This document shows positions 1 through 11,990 of a stretch of 64,000 nt of DNA, in pieces. The notes under the pieces are model-generated. The model searched no databases. It was not told the DNA's origin and saw only the letters and a program-made list of their open reading frames with translations. Made by a program: the position numbers and the translations under genes. The number at the start of each line of letters is the position of its first letter. Within the stretch, counting starts at the first letter, position 1. Source of the DNA: Malacoraja senta (taxonomy: Eukaryota); assembly GCA_038087875.1 (NCBI GenBank), contig CM075996.1:498001-562000 (forward strand). Reading direction: 5' to 3'.

Positions 1-272
1 AGTCCAAGGGTCTCCAATGAGAAGGTAGACGGTAGCTCAGGATTGCTATCAGTTGGTAATAGGATGGTTCAGTTGCCTGATAACAGCAGGGAAGAAACTG
101 TCCCTGAATCTTGAGGTGTGCGATTTCACACTTCTGTACCTCTTGCCCGATGGGAGAGGGGAGAAGAGGGAGTGGCCGGGGTGCGACTGGTCCTTGATTA
201 TGCTGCTGGCCTTGCCGAGGCAGCGTGAATTGTAGATCGATTCAATGGAAGGGAGGTTGGTTTGTGTGATGA
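1..272 (-). mobile_element. Rex1/Babar-type LINE 3' fragment (representative)
   Basis: HPGHSLFSPLPSGKRYRSVK.HTSRFRDSFFPAVIRQLN; similar copies at ~20125-20597, 31810-32139, 39460-39900, 45725-46150, 57680-57830. Confidence 0.8.
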
Positions 273-383
273 AGTGTGCGTCAGTGTTTATTGGGGCCCG
301 TTGGTACTGTACTGTGTTACCTGTTACAGTGGAAATACATGGGTCTCTGAAAGTGTCACTGTCTACAGAGAAGGGACTGCAGA

Positions 384-419
384 GTGTGTTTGTGTGTATG
401 TGTGTGTGTGTGGGTGTGT

Positions 420-479
<60 letters not shown>

Positions 480-531
480 ACGTGCGCGTGTGTGTGTGTG
501 TGTACGCGTGTGCGTGTGTGTGCGCATGTGC

Positions 532-562
<31 letters not shown>

Positions 563-751
563 TGTGCGCACATGTGTGTGTATGTGTGTGTGCACGTGTG
601 GCCGTGTGTGGGCGTGTGTGTGTGTGCGTGTGTGTGGGCGTGTGTGTGTTTGCGTGTGTGTGTGTGTGCGTGCGTGCGTGCGTCCGTGCGTGCGTGAGTG
701 CGTGCGTGTGTGTGTGTGTGTGTGTGTGCGTATGTGTGTGTGTGTGTGTGC

Positions 752-825
<74 letters not shown>

Positions 826-893
826 ATGTGCGTGTTCATATGTGTCTATGTGTATGTCTGTGTGTGTATGTGTCTGGGTCTGTGTGTATGTGT
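384..893. repeat. Compound (TG)n/(TGCG) microsatellite
   Basis: Directly visible. Confidence 0.95.
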
Positions 894-2436
894 GGACCGA
901 AGGGGCTTTTCCCACACTGTCTCTCTCAACTAAACTAAGGGCAGTCCATAGTTAGTGCCGGTTAGTGTTGTTAGTGTTGTGTAATATTCAAGAGCCTGAT
1001 GGTTGTTTGGGAAGAAGCTATTGTTGAACATGGCAGTCACGGTTTTTAGACTCCTATACCTTCTTCCCGATGTTAGGCGTGAAATGAGTGTGGCCAGGGT
1101 GGTGATCTGTGATGATACTGGCTGCCTTTTTGAGACAGTGCTTCTGATAGATCCCCTTCGATGGAGGGGAGGTCAGTACCTGTGATAGACCAGGCAGTGG
1201 CCATCACTCTCTGGAATCTCTTGTGTAACCATCAGAGCGGGATAGGATTGGCTATGTGAGCAAAAAGGAGGCCATTCAGCCCATCTTGGGAAGAACTTTC
1301 CATCCGACTTGGGTTGGGCTGCATTTGGAGTATTGCATTCATTTCTGGTCACCCCATTACAGAAAGGATATGGAGGCTTTGGAGAGGATGTAGGGGAGGC
1401 TCACCAGAATGCTACCCAGATTAGAGGGTTTCACCTAACAGGTTAGATAATTTTGTCTGGAACATTGGAGGTTGAGGGAGGCTTGAGAGAAGTGTATAAA
1501 ATTATAAGCGACGTACTGTAGATAGGGTAGACAGTCAGAACCTTTCTCCCAAGGTGGAAACGTCCAACATTGAAGGGCAGAGCAACAGGGTGAGAGGGGG
1601 GAAGTTTAATAGAGGTGTGTGGAGCAGGTTTTTCTACACAGTGAGTGGTGGGGGCCTGGAAGGTATTGCCAGGGCTATTGGTGGTGGCAGATACGATAGT
1701 GGTGTTGAAGAGGCTTTTAGAGAGGCACATGGAAGTACAGGAAATAGAGAGACATGGATCATGTACAGGCAGCTGAGATCAGTTTATTAATCTATGTTTG
1801 GCACAAACATCGTAGACTGAGGGCTCACTCCAATGTTGTACCAATCTATATTCTACGATGGTCTGGCATCATGTCCAGCACAGACATTGTGGGCCGAAGG
1901 GCCTGTTCCTGCCATGTACTTTTTTTCACACAGAGAGTGGTGAATCTGTGGAACTCTCCGCCACAGGGGGTAGTTGAGGCCAGTTCATTGGCTAGATTTA
2001 AGAGGGAGTTAGATGTGGCCCTTGTGGCTAAAGGGATCAGGGGGTATGGAGAGAAGGCAGGTACGGGATACTGAGTTGGATGATCAGCCATGATCATATT
2101 GAATGGCGGTGCAGGCTCGAAGGGCCGAATGGCCTACTCCTGCACCTATTGTCTATGTTTCTATGTTTCTATGTACTGATCTATATTCTTTGACGGTCTT
2201 GGCATCTTGTTTGGCATAGCCACTGTGGGCCGAAGGGCCTGTTCCTACGCTGTATGGAGAGAAGGAATGGGTGGCGTTTCGGGTCAAGACCCTTCTTCAG
2301 TCACCCATTCATTCCCTCCAGAGATGCTGCCTGTCCCGCGGAGTTACTCCAGCATTTTGTGTCTAGCTTTGGTGCAGTTCCTTCCGACACTGTACTGTTC
2401 TGTGTTGATCTTGGCATCATGTTGGGCACAGACATT

Positions 2437-2760
2437 GTCAAGTCAAGTCAAGCCAAGTCAAGTCACATTTATTTATATAGCACATTTAAAAAACAACTCT
2501 CGTTGGCCAAAGTGCTTTACATTTGTTATAAGAATAGTATAAACAAACAAACTACATACATATATACATGTAGCCCTCACTCAGAGGACGGCAAGAAAGG
2601 CTTGGGAGTATAGATACGTTTTTAGTCTTGACTTAAAGGAGTCGATGGAGGGGGCAGTTCTGATGGGAAGGGGGATGCTGTTCCACAGTCTAGGGGCTGC
2701 AACCGCAAAGGCGCGGTCGCCCCTGAGCTTATGCCTAGACCGCGGGATATTCCACAGCCT
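2437..2760 (-). mobile_element. L2 LINE 3' fragment
   Basis: GDRAFAVAAPRLWNSIP...FKSRLKTYLY; (TTGAC)n tail. Confidence 0.85.
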
Positions 2761-3036
2761 AGGGCCGGTGCGGTACTGGTCTATAATCTGTTCCATAACT
2801 CCACTCCCTCCTTCCCTCCCCATAGACTAAGACTGACCCCCCCCCCCCCCCCACCCCCCACCTCCCACCTCCCCCAACCCAATCTTTGCACATCCCCAAT
2901 CCTTTCCTCTCGTTACTTAATTTCATTTATTTTGCATTTTTGTGTTTTTATGACTGTTGGCAGATCAATTTCCCTCCTGGGATGAATAAAGTTCTAACGT
3001 ACTGTATCGTATCGTTTCATATTGTATCGTAACGTA

Positions 3037-3178
3037 TCTTCTTCTTCTTGCGTGTGGCGTGCACAGCCTAAAGTTGTAGGACAACTTGTTCTATTTGATC
3101 TTATTTGATTGTGCACGGCAGGTTGATTGCATTCGTCGAAACAGGGTGGACCACGTGAAGGTTGCAATCTCCCACCCC
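3037..3178 (-). mobile_element. Short non-autonomous retroposon (probably Vingi-mobilised) with a 5' HDV-like ribozyme and (GAA)n tail
   Basis: 8-bp TSD GTAACGTA at 3029-3036 and 3179-3186; starts GGGGTGG and ends CGCCACACGCAAGAAGAAGAAGA on the minus strand; no Pol III A/B boxes. Confidence 0.8.
3125..3178 (-). ncRNA. Minimal HDV/CPEB3-like self-cleaving ribozyme (predicted)
   Basis: GGGGUGG-GA-GAUUGCA-ACC-UUCACGU-GGU-CCACCCU-GU-UUCGA-CGAA-UGCAAUC: P1 7 bp with G1-U wobble, P2 7 bp, P3 3 bp, L3 UUCACGU, J4/2 CGAA with the catalytic C; P4 essentially absent. Confidence 0.85.
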
Positions 3179-3324
3179 GTAACGTATCGTATTGTATTGT
3201 ATGGTATCGTATGGTATTGTATCGTATTGTATGGTATAGCCCAGCGACCCGTAATTCTCTTTGCGTGAATGTCAATAACTGCTGTTTCTGCCCCCTCTTT
3301 ATATCTTCCCGTCTCCTGCCGCAG

Positions 3325-3857
3325 GGTTGAGTAACATCATCGGAATCATCGTGTACATATCAGCCAACGCGGGAGACCCGGCAAAGAGCGACTCCAAAAA
3401 GAACAGTTACTCGTACGGGTGGTCTTTTTACTTTGGAGCGCTCTCCTTCATCATCGCCGAGATGGTGGGCGTGCTCGCCGTTCACATGTTCATTGACAGA
3501 CACAAACAGATCAGGGCAGGGACGAGATCCACGGATTACCTGCAGTCCTCCGCCATCACCCGGATCCCCAGCTACCGGTACCGCTACAGACGGCGCAGTC
3601 GGTCGAGCTCCCGCTCCACGGAGCCCTCGCATTCCAGAGACCCCTCGCCCGTCGGCCTCAAAGGCTTCAACACCCTGCCGTCGACCGAGATCTCCATGTA
3701 CACCCTCACGAGAGACCCCCTGAAGACCACCACCTCCACTGCCACCTACAACTCCGAGCGGGACCACAATTTCCTACAGGTCCACAATTGCATCCAAAAA
3801 GACATTAAAGACTCCTTGCACACCAACACGGTCAACCGAAGGACAACGCCTGTGTGA
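3325..3857 (+). CDS. CACNG2: CACNG2 (stargazin, TARP gamma-2) terminal coding exon; upstream exons lie outside the window
   Basis: Pyrimidine tract and cag acceptor ending at 3324. Phase-1 exon reads (G)[18 protein letters not shown]...[34 protein letters not shown]...[16 protein letters not shown]...NRRTTPV*, with the Ser/Arg phospho-cluster and PDZ-binding [13 protein letters not shown] and [12 protein letters not shown] fit gamma-2 rather than gamma-3. Confidence 0.97.
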
Positions 3858-3902
3858 TGAGCTGAACGGCGAGGAAAGGGGAGAGGGAGACGGAGAGAAA
3901 GG

Positions 3903-3904
<2 letters not shown>

Positions 3905-3969
<65 letters not shown>
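3905..3969. repeat. (GA)n microsatellite in the CACNG2 3' UTR
   Basis: Directly visible. Confidence 0.95.
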
Positions 3970-3971
<2 letters not shown>

Positions 3972-5572
3972 CAAAGAGAATTTAAAAAAAGAGGGGGGGG
4001 GGGAATTAATAATTTACAAAAACGGATTAATGAAAATATTAAAAAGTTATTGCATGAAAACCCGAATTCCATTGCAAAAAACAATGCAAAAAGTTTGTCA
4101 AAAAAAAAAAAGATTTTAAAACCGAAAATGAGGAGGGAGAGAGACTAGAAACGAGACGCGTGGAACAAAGAATTTTGGGCCTGAACTCCAGAGAATGGAT
4201 TGAAAAGAGCGAGAGAGAGAGAGAGAGAGGGAGCGAGAGAGAGGGAGAGGGAGACAGAGGAGGATTTGTTTTCATTTATTAAATGTTTTCAGTGCTCTTT
4301 ATTGTCGAAATGCTTCCATTCCACCCAACCCACCACCCACCCCACCTGCCTTATACCTCACCAGGAGTGCTGACATTGAAAAAGGGACATTGTCTCCCTT
4401 GTTTAAAGGTGAAGAGCTTTAAAGAAGACATTTTTACAAAAATACAGCAATGGCAATTCATTCTTTGCTGTGACACTAGGCGGGGTGACAGGGAAGACGT
4501 TGACAGGACACCAATGAGGAAACATCCGTTTTTAACTTGCTCAGCTGCTGACTGGATCGACCATCTATCAAAAAGGGAAAGTAAAAGGAAAAAAAAACAA
4601 AATATATATTCTTTTAAAAGACATTCTACAAGAGAGTGACGGAGATGTGGATTTGAGAAATTTGCATGCAATGGATGGGCACCAACTCTCCTCTTCCAAT
4701 CAAAAGCTCAAATCAAGAATTTAAAACAAAGATTTTTTTTTTAAACTATGAAATAAAAAGGATAACAATTTTTTAATTGAATATTGTACAGAGAGCACGA
4801 ATTTTCAGTTGAGGGGAAGGGAAGATAGTACAAAGAGGGCATAACGTATCTCCAGCCAAATTAAGGTTGACGTTTTTTAATGCTGGAAAGAACAATTCCA
4901 ATTTGGGAAGGTTTTTACTTGAAGTGAGTTTGAGAAGATGGGAGGGATGAGGGAGAGTTGGCACCAGTGACCTCTTTAAATCAGGAAAACCTATTGTGTG
5001 AGTGTGCTGTGTCATTCCATTCATTTCACGCCAGATTTAAAAAAAAATAAAAAAAAATTAAAAATTAATAAAATTTACCTAAAAAAAAAAAGCTTTCATA
5101 TATTTTTTTTTTTCAAAAATGATGATGAGGGAAAAAAAAAACATTTTCTATGGTTTGGACAAAGACAAAAAAACGAAACCTTAAATTGAATGTCGGAAAG
5201 AGCCTCGATAAGAATATTTAAAAATAACACAGGTCTCCGGTGGAAGAATTTAAGAGAATTGAAAGATTGATGTCACTCTGATATAAAAGTATTACTGGAG
5301 AAGGATTTTGGAAATTAAATAAAATATATACATACAGTTCTCAGTGAGATGAATCAATTTGTCGGCAGATCTGTAACGAGATTTTTTTTAAGTCTTTCTT
5401 TTGACCAAGAGATTTACCATGAAAAATAAATAAATAAGTAAACGAGAATGAGACCGCTTAAATTGTAATTATCAATTCACTTCTTAGGGAGAAATCAAAT
5501 CCTTTGATTTATCCCAATTGTTATAATTCTTTTTTTTTTTGTTTGCAGACTGTTAAAAACCTGAGACTTTCA

Positions 5573-5578
5573 AATAAA
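5573..5578 (+). terminator. Candidate distal polyadenylation signal of CACNG2
   Basis: AATAAA followed about 20-30 nt later by TTTGTGATTTTTTTT (GU/U-rich downstream element), at the edge of the TE-free block. Confidence 0.5.
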
Positions 5579-7039
5579 ATCTTTTATAAGAACCTTTGTG
5601 ATTTTTTTTAAATTAATCCCTATTTTATTCTTAGGAGCCATCCACGTCTCAGGGTGTGAGAGGGCAGGGGTGAGAGGGCAAGGGGTGAAAGGTCAATGGT
5701 TGAGAGGGCAAGTGTGGTCCAATCCTTTTGCACCAAGTTGGTTGGTCATGACCAGTGAGTAGACAATGACCGGCCACTTCACTGTTGGGTTAGATGGAAT
5801 TAGTTTATGTAGGGTAGTTGAGACCAGTTCATTGGCTATATTTAAGAGGGAGTTAGATGTGGCCCTTGTGGCTAAAGGGATCAGGGGGTATGGAGAGAAG
5901 GCAGGTACGGGATACTGAGTTGGATGATCAGCCATGATCATATTGAATGGCGGTGCAGGCTCGAAGGGCCGAATGGCCTACTCCTGCACCTATTTTCTAT
6001 TTTCTATGTATCTATGTACTTCTGGCAAGGCTTGGATTGTTTCTCATAGTTCTCTTCCTTCTTGTACCTTGTAAGGCCAGTCGTCTTTCAATTTAAGTCA
6101 AGCATTGGCAAAATTGGTACTTTTCGCTGCTTTCCCCCCAATGTGGCAGCCATGGGCTCGATGGCCCCCTCTAGAGGACAGGTAAGGGATCACTCTCATT
6201 GGGAAGATGGATTTGAGTCCAACACCAGTTCAGATGAAGACACAGAGTGCTGGAGTAACTCAGTGGGTCAGGCAGCATCTCTGGGGAACATGGATAGGTG
6301 GAGTTTCGGGACGGGGCCTCATCACCTCACTGAGCCACCTGGTCTCACGCCCATTTCTCCCCTTCCCCCTGCATTCCTTCCTCCGGCTTCACAATTCACA
6401 ACTCTTGTATCCTTTTGTCTCACACTTTCTGTTTATTCTTGGTCCAACCATATATCGAAGAAGGGTCCCGACCTGAAACGTCACTCATCCTTTTTCTTCA
6501 GAGATGTTGCCTGACCCGCTGAGTTACTCCAGCACTTTGTGTCTTTTTTTTGTTGTCAACCAGCATCAGCAGTTCCTTGTTTCTACCAGTTCAGATGAGT
6601 AAGAATGGTAAGATCCCATCCATCGGGGTCATGAGTGAACCATTTCTGTTTGTTTGATGCTCAAATGCCCATTGAAATAGGGCAAACGGGGCCTCCCTTT
6701 GTCAACCTTCTTCACAGTGAACCCCATTGCCAGGGCAACGAGAGATCGGCAGTGAGTGCCGGCAATAACCAGCGACACCTCATCCTGAGTAAATCCATGT
6801 TTCTTCCAGTTCTCAATCCTTTCCCTCTGGTCTGTTACTTTCTCTCTTTTACCTTTTTCATCACGTTATTTTTCCTTCCTCAATTCTATTCGTCTCTCCT
6901 GTTCTGTATTTCCTCCATCTCAGGCTCCTATTCAATGCTTGAGTCTCAACCCGAAGCATCACCGATTCTCTCTAGAGATGCTGCCTGGCCCGCAGAGTTA
7001 CTCCGGCATTTTGTGCCTAGCTATGATCTATACCTTGTT

Positions 7040-7337
7040 CCCCCACCCTAGTTCCCCGACTAGTTCCACTGTCCCACTGATTAATTTTACTGTTTGTATG
7101 CCTCGTTGTCATCTTCCCCTCAGCCAACAATGAACCATTCTACATTTCCTTGAGCATCGTCTCCTTTGATCTGTCATTTTCACACCTCACATTCTCTATG
7201 CACCCTTCCAAACCTCCAGTTTCCCCCTCCCTGTCCTCAGTCTGAAGAAGGGTCTCGACCCGAAATGTCACCCATTCCTTCTCTCCAGAGATGCTGCCTG
7301 TCCTGCTGAGTTACTCCAGCATTTTGTATCTATCTTA
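7040..7337 (+). mobile_element. Penelope 3' UTR plus pLTR
   Basis: Homologous to 16560-16750 and continues into CTGAAGAAGGGTCTCGACCCGAAATGTC and the widespread GATGCTGCC...GAGTTACTCCAGCATTTTG module. Confidence 0.8.
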
Positions 7338-7557
7338 CATGCTCTATACCTTCTCCCCCATCACTCCATTCAACTCTCTGCCCTCCATTGTCATGGCCTC
7401 CACTTATTCCCGAGCCTGTGTCTTGTGCCTTGGGCTGTATTCTGCATTAAAGCATCACACTCTGTGATAGTGGCAGTGCACTACATTTGGGCCCAAGTTT
7501 TTTTATATAAAGTGTTGCTGATTGTGGGTCTATGTTGGTGTGAAGTTGTTGCTCTGC

Positions 7558-7598
7558 CTGTGTGTGTGTGTGTGTGTGTGTGTGGGTGTGGGTGTGTG

Positions 7599-7670
<72 letters not shown>

Positions 7671-8125
7671 TGTGTCTGTGTGCGTGTGTGCATGTGTGTG
7701 TGTGTGTGTGCGTGCACATGTGTGCGTGCATATGTGTGTGTACGTGTGTGTATATTTTTTTGCATGAGAGGAAAAGAAATACTGTGTGTGTGAGTGCGTG
7801 TGTGTGCGAGTTTGTATGTGTATATACGTGTGTACGCGTGTGTGCATTTCCATGCATGAGAGGAAGAGACGTACCGTGTGTGTGCGTGTGTGTGCACGTG
7901 CAAGTTTGTATATGTGTGTGTGCGTGTTTCTCTGCATGTGTTTTTGTGCATGGGAGAAAGTGAAGTATGTGTGTGAGTGCGCGGCTTTGTACATGCATGA
8001 AAAAGATTGAATATGCACGTGAGACTGGGAGTGAGAGAGAGAGAGATTAGTTGTGTGGATGAGTCCACAAGCAAGGGTAGTGTTGACTGTGTGTGTGTGT
8101 GTTTCTGTCGATAGTATGCACACAT
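7558..8125. repeat. Degenerate (TG)n tract
   Basis: Directly visible. Confidence 0.9.
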
Positions 8126-8694
8126 AAAAATCTAACGGCTTGAAGATCTAGTCCAAGAGTCCTGACTACCAGTTGTCTGAAATACCAGAGGTGTTTAGTG
8201 TTGATTACGGTGCCCTGCAGCATAAAATCCGTCCTCTCACGCTATGGCGTGAGCACAATGAAGAACTGGAGCCTGCAGACGCTGGAATCCTGAGCCAAAC
8301 ACAAAGTGCTGGAAGAACCCAGCGGGTCAGGCAGCTTCTGTGGAGGGAAATTGGACAGGTGACGTTTCGGTGCGGGGCCCTTCTTACGGCCTCCAGCCTA
8401 GAGCGTTAGATTGCAGCTTGGGTAAAAACTCAACGGAGGGTGGGAAGGGTTGGAAGAGGAGATCGACAAGGGCGGAAGATCGAGGTTTAGGCGGAGAAAG
8501 GAGGAAGACGTTAACTTTGGGAAACTTGCGCGGGGACTGCAACTGGGAAATCAACGGCGACTCCAGAAACCAACAGAGGACGTGGCACACTCTCCCCACC
8601 ACATAGAACGGCAGGGAACGCCTTTGAATGTGAAGCTTCCACTCTTCTCCTTGGACCTCAAGACACCACTAGAGGCCTCGGCGGCGGCCATTAA

Positions 8695-8930
8695 AATAGG
8701 AAACACAGCTGCCAATTTTGAACTCATTGATCTCCCAAAACAGCAAAGGTGATGACAGCCAAACAATCTGTTGCTTGAGTGAAGATAGCGCTGAGAACAA
8801 GAGAAGAACTCCGGTGCTCTTCGTTGAAGGTTTCTCAACGTTCACCCGAGGCTGGGCCTTGGATGAACGTCTGAATCATCTGAATGACTTCAGCCCCAAC
8901 CAACCTCCCTGGGTAGTGCATCGGGAGAAC
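8695..8930 (-). mobile_element. Highly decayed ancient SINE, possibly Deu-domain (SacSINE1-like)
   Basis: GGAAACACAGCTGCCAATTTTG...CTCCCAAAACAGCAAAGGTGATG resembles 36205-36340, 40048-40110 and 46170-46260; family call is from memory of the consensus. Confidence 0.45.
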
Positions 8931-9219
8931 GAGTTACCGTTCCCTGGCTTCTGGGGCAACTGGAGTCGTGGAGTCTTACAGCGTGGAAACAGGCCCTTCG
9001 GCCCAGCTTGCCCCATCTACACCAGTCCCACCTGCCCGCACATGACCCAGAGGATCGAAGCGCGCTGCTCCATGGCAGTGGAACGTGCGTGGTGGAGTTT
9101 TCGGAAGCCAGGGCTGTGTGTCACACAGGCCCTTCGGAAACAGGAAAGCAAAACGGAGAAAGTAGACTGACCTGAAAAGTGGACAGAAATTTGGTTCTGG
9201 CACTCTGCCACCAGAATAT

Positions 9220-9817
9220 AACAATAGACAATAGGTGCAGGAGTAGACCATTCAGCCCTTCGAGCAAGCACTGCCATTCACTGTGATCATGGCTGATCAT
9301 CCCCAATCAGTACCCAGTTCCTGCCTTCTCCCCATATCCCCTGACTCCGCTATCTTTAAGAGCTCTATCTAGCTCTCTCTTGAAAGTATCCAGAGAAATG
9401 GCCTCCACCTGCCTTCAGAGGCAGAGAATTCCACAGATTCACAACTCTCTGGGTGAAATTCCTCATCTCTGTTCTAAATGGCTTACCCCTTATTCTTAAA
9501 CTGTGGCCCCTGGTTCTGGATTCCCCGAACATCGGGAACATGTTTCCTGCCTCTAGCGTGTCCAATCCCTTAATAATCTTATATGTTTCAATAAGATCCC
9601 CACTCATCCTTCTAAATTCCAGTGTACACAAGCCCAGTCGCTCCATTCTTTCAACATATGACAGTCCCGCCATCCCGGGAATTAACCTGGTGAACCTACG
9701 CTGCACTCCCTCAATAGCAAGAATGTCCTTCCTCAAATTTGGGGACGAAAACTGCACACAATACTCCAGGTGTGGTCTCACTAGGGCCCTGTACAACTGC
9801 AGAAGGACCTCTTTGCT
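9220..9817 (-). mobile_element. CR1 LINE 3' fragment (second subfamily, CTATTGT tail)
   Basis: ORF 9365-9796 YRALVRPHLEYCVQF...; further copies near 13705-13940, 35110-35333, 37487-37978, 48917-49283. Confidence 0.93.
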
Positions 9818-11990
9818 TTACAGCAAATGAACCTGAATGAGGACTTGGAACTGAAAGAATTAGGCTCTTCCAGCCTATTCAGCTCCACAATGAAATCATG
9901 GTTGATTATATATTATAGCTCTTAGGTTCAATGGCACTTAATCTCCACTCCTGACCACAATTTTTGTTAATTGGTCTTCTGCCTCAGCAGTTTATTGGCG
10001 AGAGGGTGAGGGATTTCTACCCATAGAATTATGGAGTCATACAACATGGCCCTTCAGCCCGAGTTGCCCATACTAACCAACATGCCCCAACTACATGAGC
10101 CCCACCTATCTGCGCTTGGCTCATAACCCTACGAACCTATCCTATCCAAATATCTCTTAAATATTATGATAGTTAGTACCTGTCTCAACTACCTCCTCTG
10201 ACAGCATGTTCCATATACCCACCGCCCTTTGTGTAAAAAAAAAATTACACCTCAGGTTCCCATTAGATCTTTCCCCCCCTCACCTTAAACCTATGCCCTC
10301 TGGTTCTCGTTTCCCCTTTACCCTGGGCAAAAGACTGTGCATTTACCTGATCTATTCTTCTCATGATTTTGTACATCTTTATGAGATCACCGTTCATTCT
10401 CCTGCTCCCCAAGGAATAAAGCCACAGCCTGCTCAACCTCTCCCTGTAGCTCAGGCCCTCGAGTCCTGACAACATCCTGTAAATCTTCTCTGCCCCCTTC
10501 CCAGCTTGACAACATCTTTCCAACAAGATGGTGACCAAAACTGAACACAAGTTGCTCTCAAGGTGACTTCAACAATGTCTTATATAACTGCAGCATGACC
10601 GCCCAACTTCTATACCCAATCCTCTGACTGATAAAGGCCAATGTGCCGAAAGCCTTTCTGACCACCCTATCTACCTGTGACAACACCGTCAATGAACTAT
10701 GCACCTGTACTCCTAGATCCCTCTGCTCTACAACACTCCCCAGAGCCCTACCATTCCCTGTGCAGGAAGAGACTGCAGATGCTGGTTTACATCGAAGATG
10801 GACAAACAAAGCTGGTGTAACTCAGCTCAGTGATCTCTGCAGTCAGACCACTAAATATCTCTCAGCGTCTTCTAACTTTTTACCATTTTTTTAAATGAAA
10901 AGAGAATTTTGATCTGTCCTTCTCAGATCCTGTATGGAGTTCATAAGTAATTTGGAGCAAAATTAGGCCATTTGGCCCATCAAGTCTACTCTGCCATTCA
11001 ACAATTGGCTGATCTATCTTTCCCTCTCAACCCCATTCTCCTGCCTTCACCTCATAACCCCCGACACCCTTACTATTCAAGAATCTCAATCTCTGCCTTA
11101 AGAATACCCAATGGTACATGAAGACTGCAACGACCAGGTTCAGGAATAGCTACTTCCCCACAGCCATCTGGCTATTAAACTTGGCTCGGACAAAACTCTG
11201 AACATTAATAGCCCATTATCTGTTATTTGCACTTTATCAGTTTATTTATTCATGTGTGTATATATTTATATAATGATATATGGACACACTGATCTTTGTA
11301 GTCAATGCCTTCTATGTTCTGTTGTGCTGAAGCAAAGCAAGAATTTCATTGTCCTAGGACACATGACAATAAACTCACTTGAACTTGAACGAACTTGAAT
11401 GGCTCGACCTCCTCAGCCGTCTATGGCAATGAATGTCACAGATTCACCACCCTATGATTAAAGACATTCGTTATCACCTTTTTAAAGGTACCTCCTTTTA
11501 TTCTGAGGCTGTACCCACTGGTCCTAGACTCTCTCACTATTGGAAACTTCTCTACATCCACTCTATCCAGGCCTTTCATTATTCCATGTTTCATCGAGGT
11601 GCCCCCCTCGTTCTTCTAAACTCCAGCGAGTACAGGCCCAGCGCAGTCAAACGCTCATCAAACATTAACCCAATCATCCCTGTGATCATTCTTGTGAACC
11701 TCCTCTGGACCCTCTCCAACGGCAGCACATCCTTCCTCAGAGATGGTGCCCAAAACTGCTCACAATGCTCCAAATGCGGTCTGACCAGCGCCTTATAAAG
11801 CCTTAGCATTCCATCCCTGTTTTGTATTCTAGTCCTCTTCGAAATAGATGTTAGCATTGCAAGATAGCAGTCACACTACTAAATCTCTCTGGCATTGGTT
11901 TGGTTTAGTTTAGTTTAGTTTAGAGATACATCGCGGATACAGGCCCTTCGGCCCACCGAGATCGTGCCGACCAGCGATCCCGCACACTAA

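Larger units (their letters stand above)
3858..5600 (+). other. CACNG2: Putative CACNG2 3' UTR
   Basis: About 1.75 kb of AT-rich sequence after tandem TGA TGA with no recognisable interspersed repeat; several AATAAA hexamers. The 3' end is inferred. Confidence 0.6.

Noticed and set aside
49..955. Long His/Thr or Cys/Val-rich ORFs (also 7425-8125, 16690-18109, 25003-26205, 28944-29338)
   Set aside because: Translations of (CA/TG)n repeats, which lack stop codons; not genes.
3855..3860. Stop-codon readthrough of CACNG2
   Set aside because: Tandem TGA TGA, and the terminal TTPV PDZ motif needs a free C-terminus.
8340..9170. Cluster of short ORFs in apparently unique DNA
   Set aside because: No recognisable domain or exon structure; partly decayed SINE.
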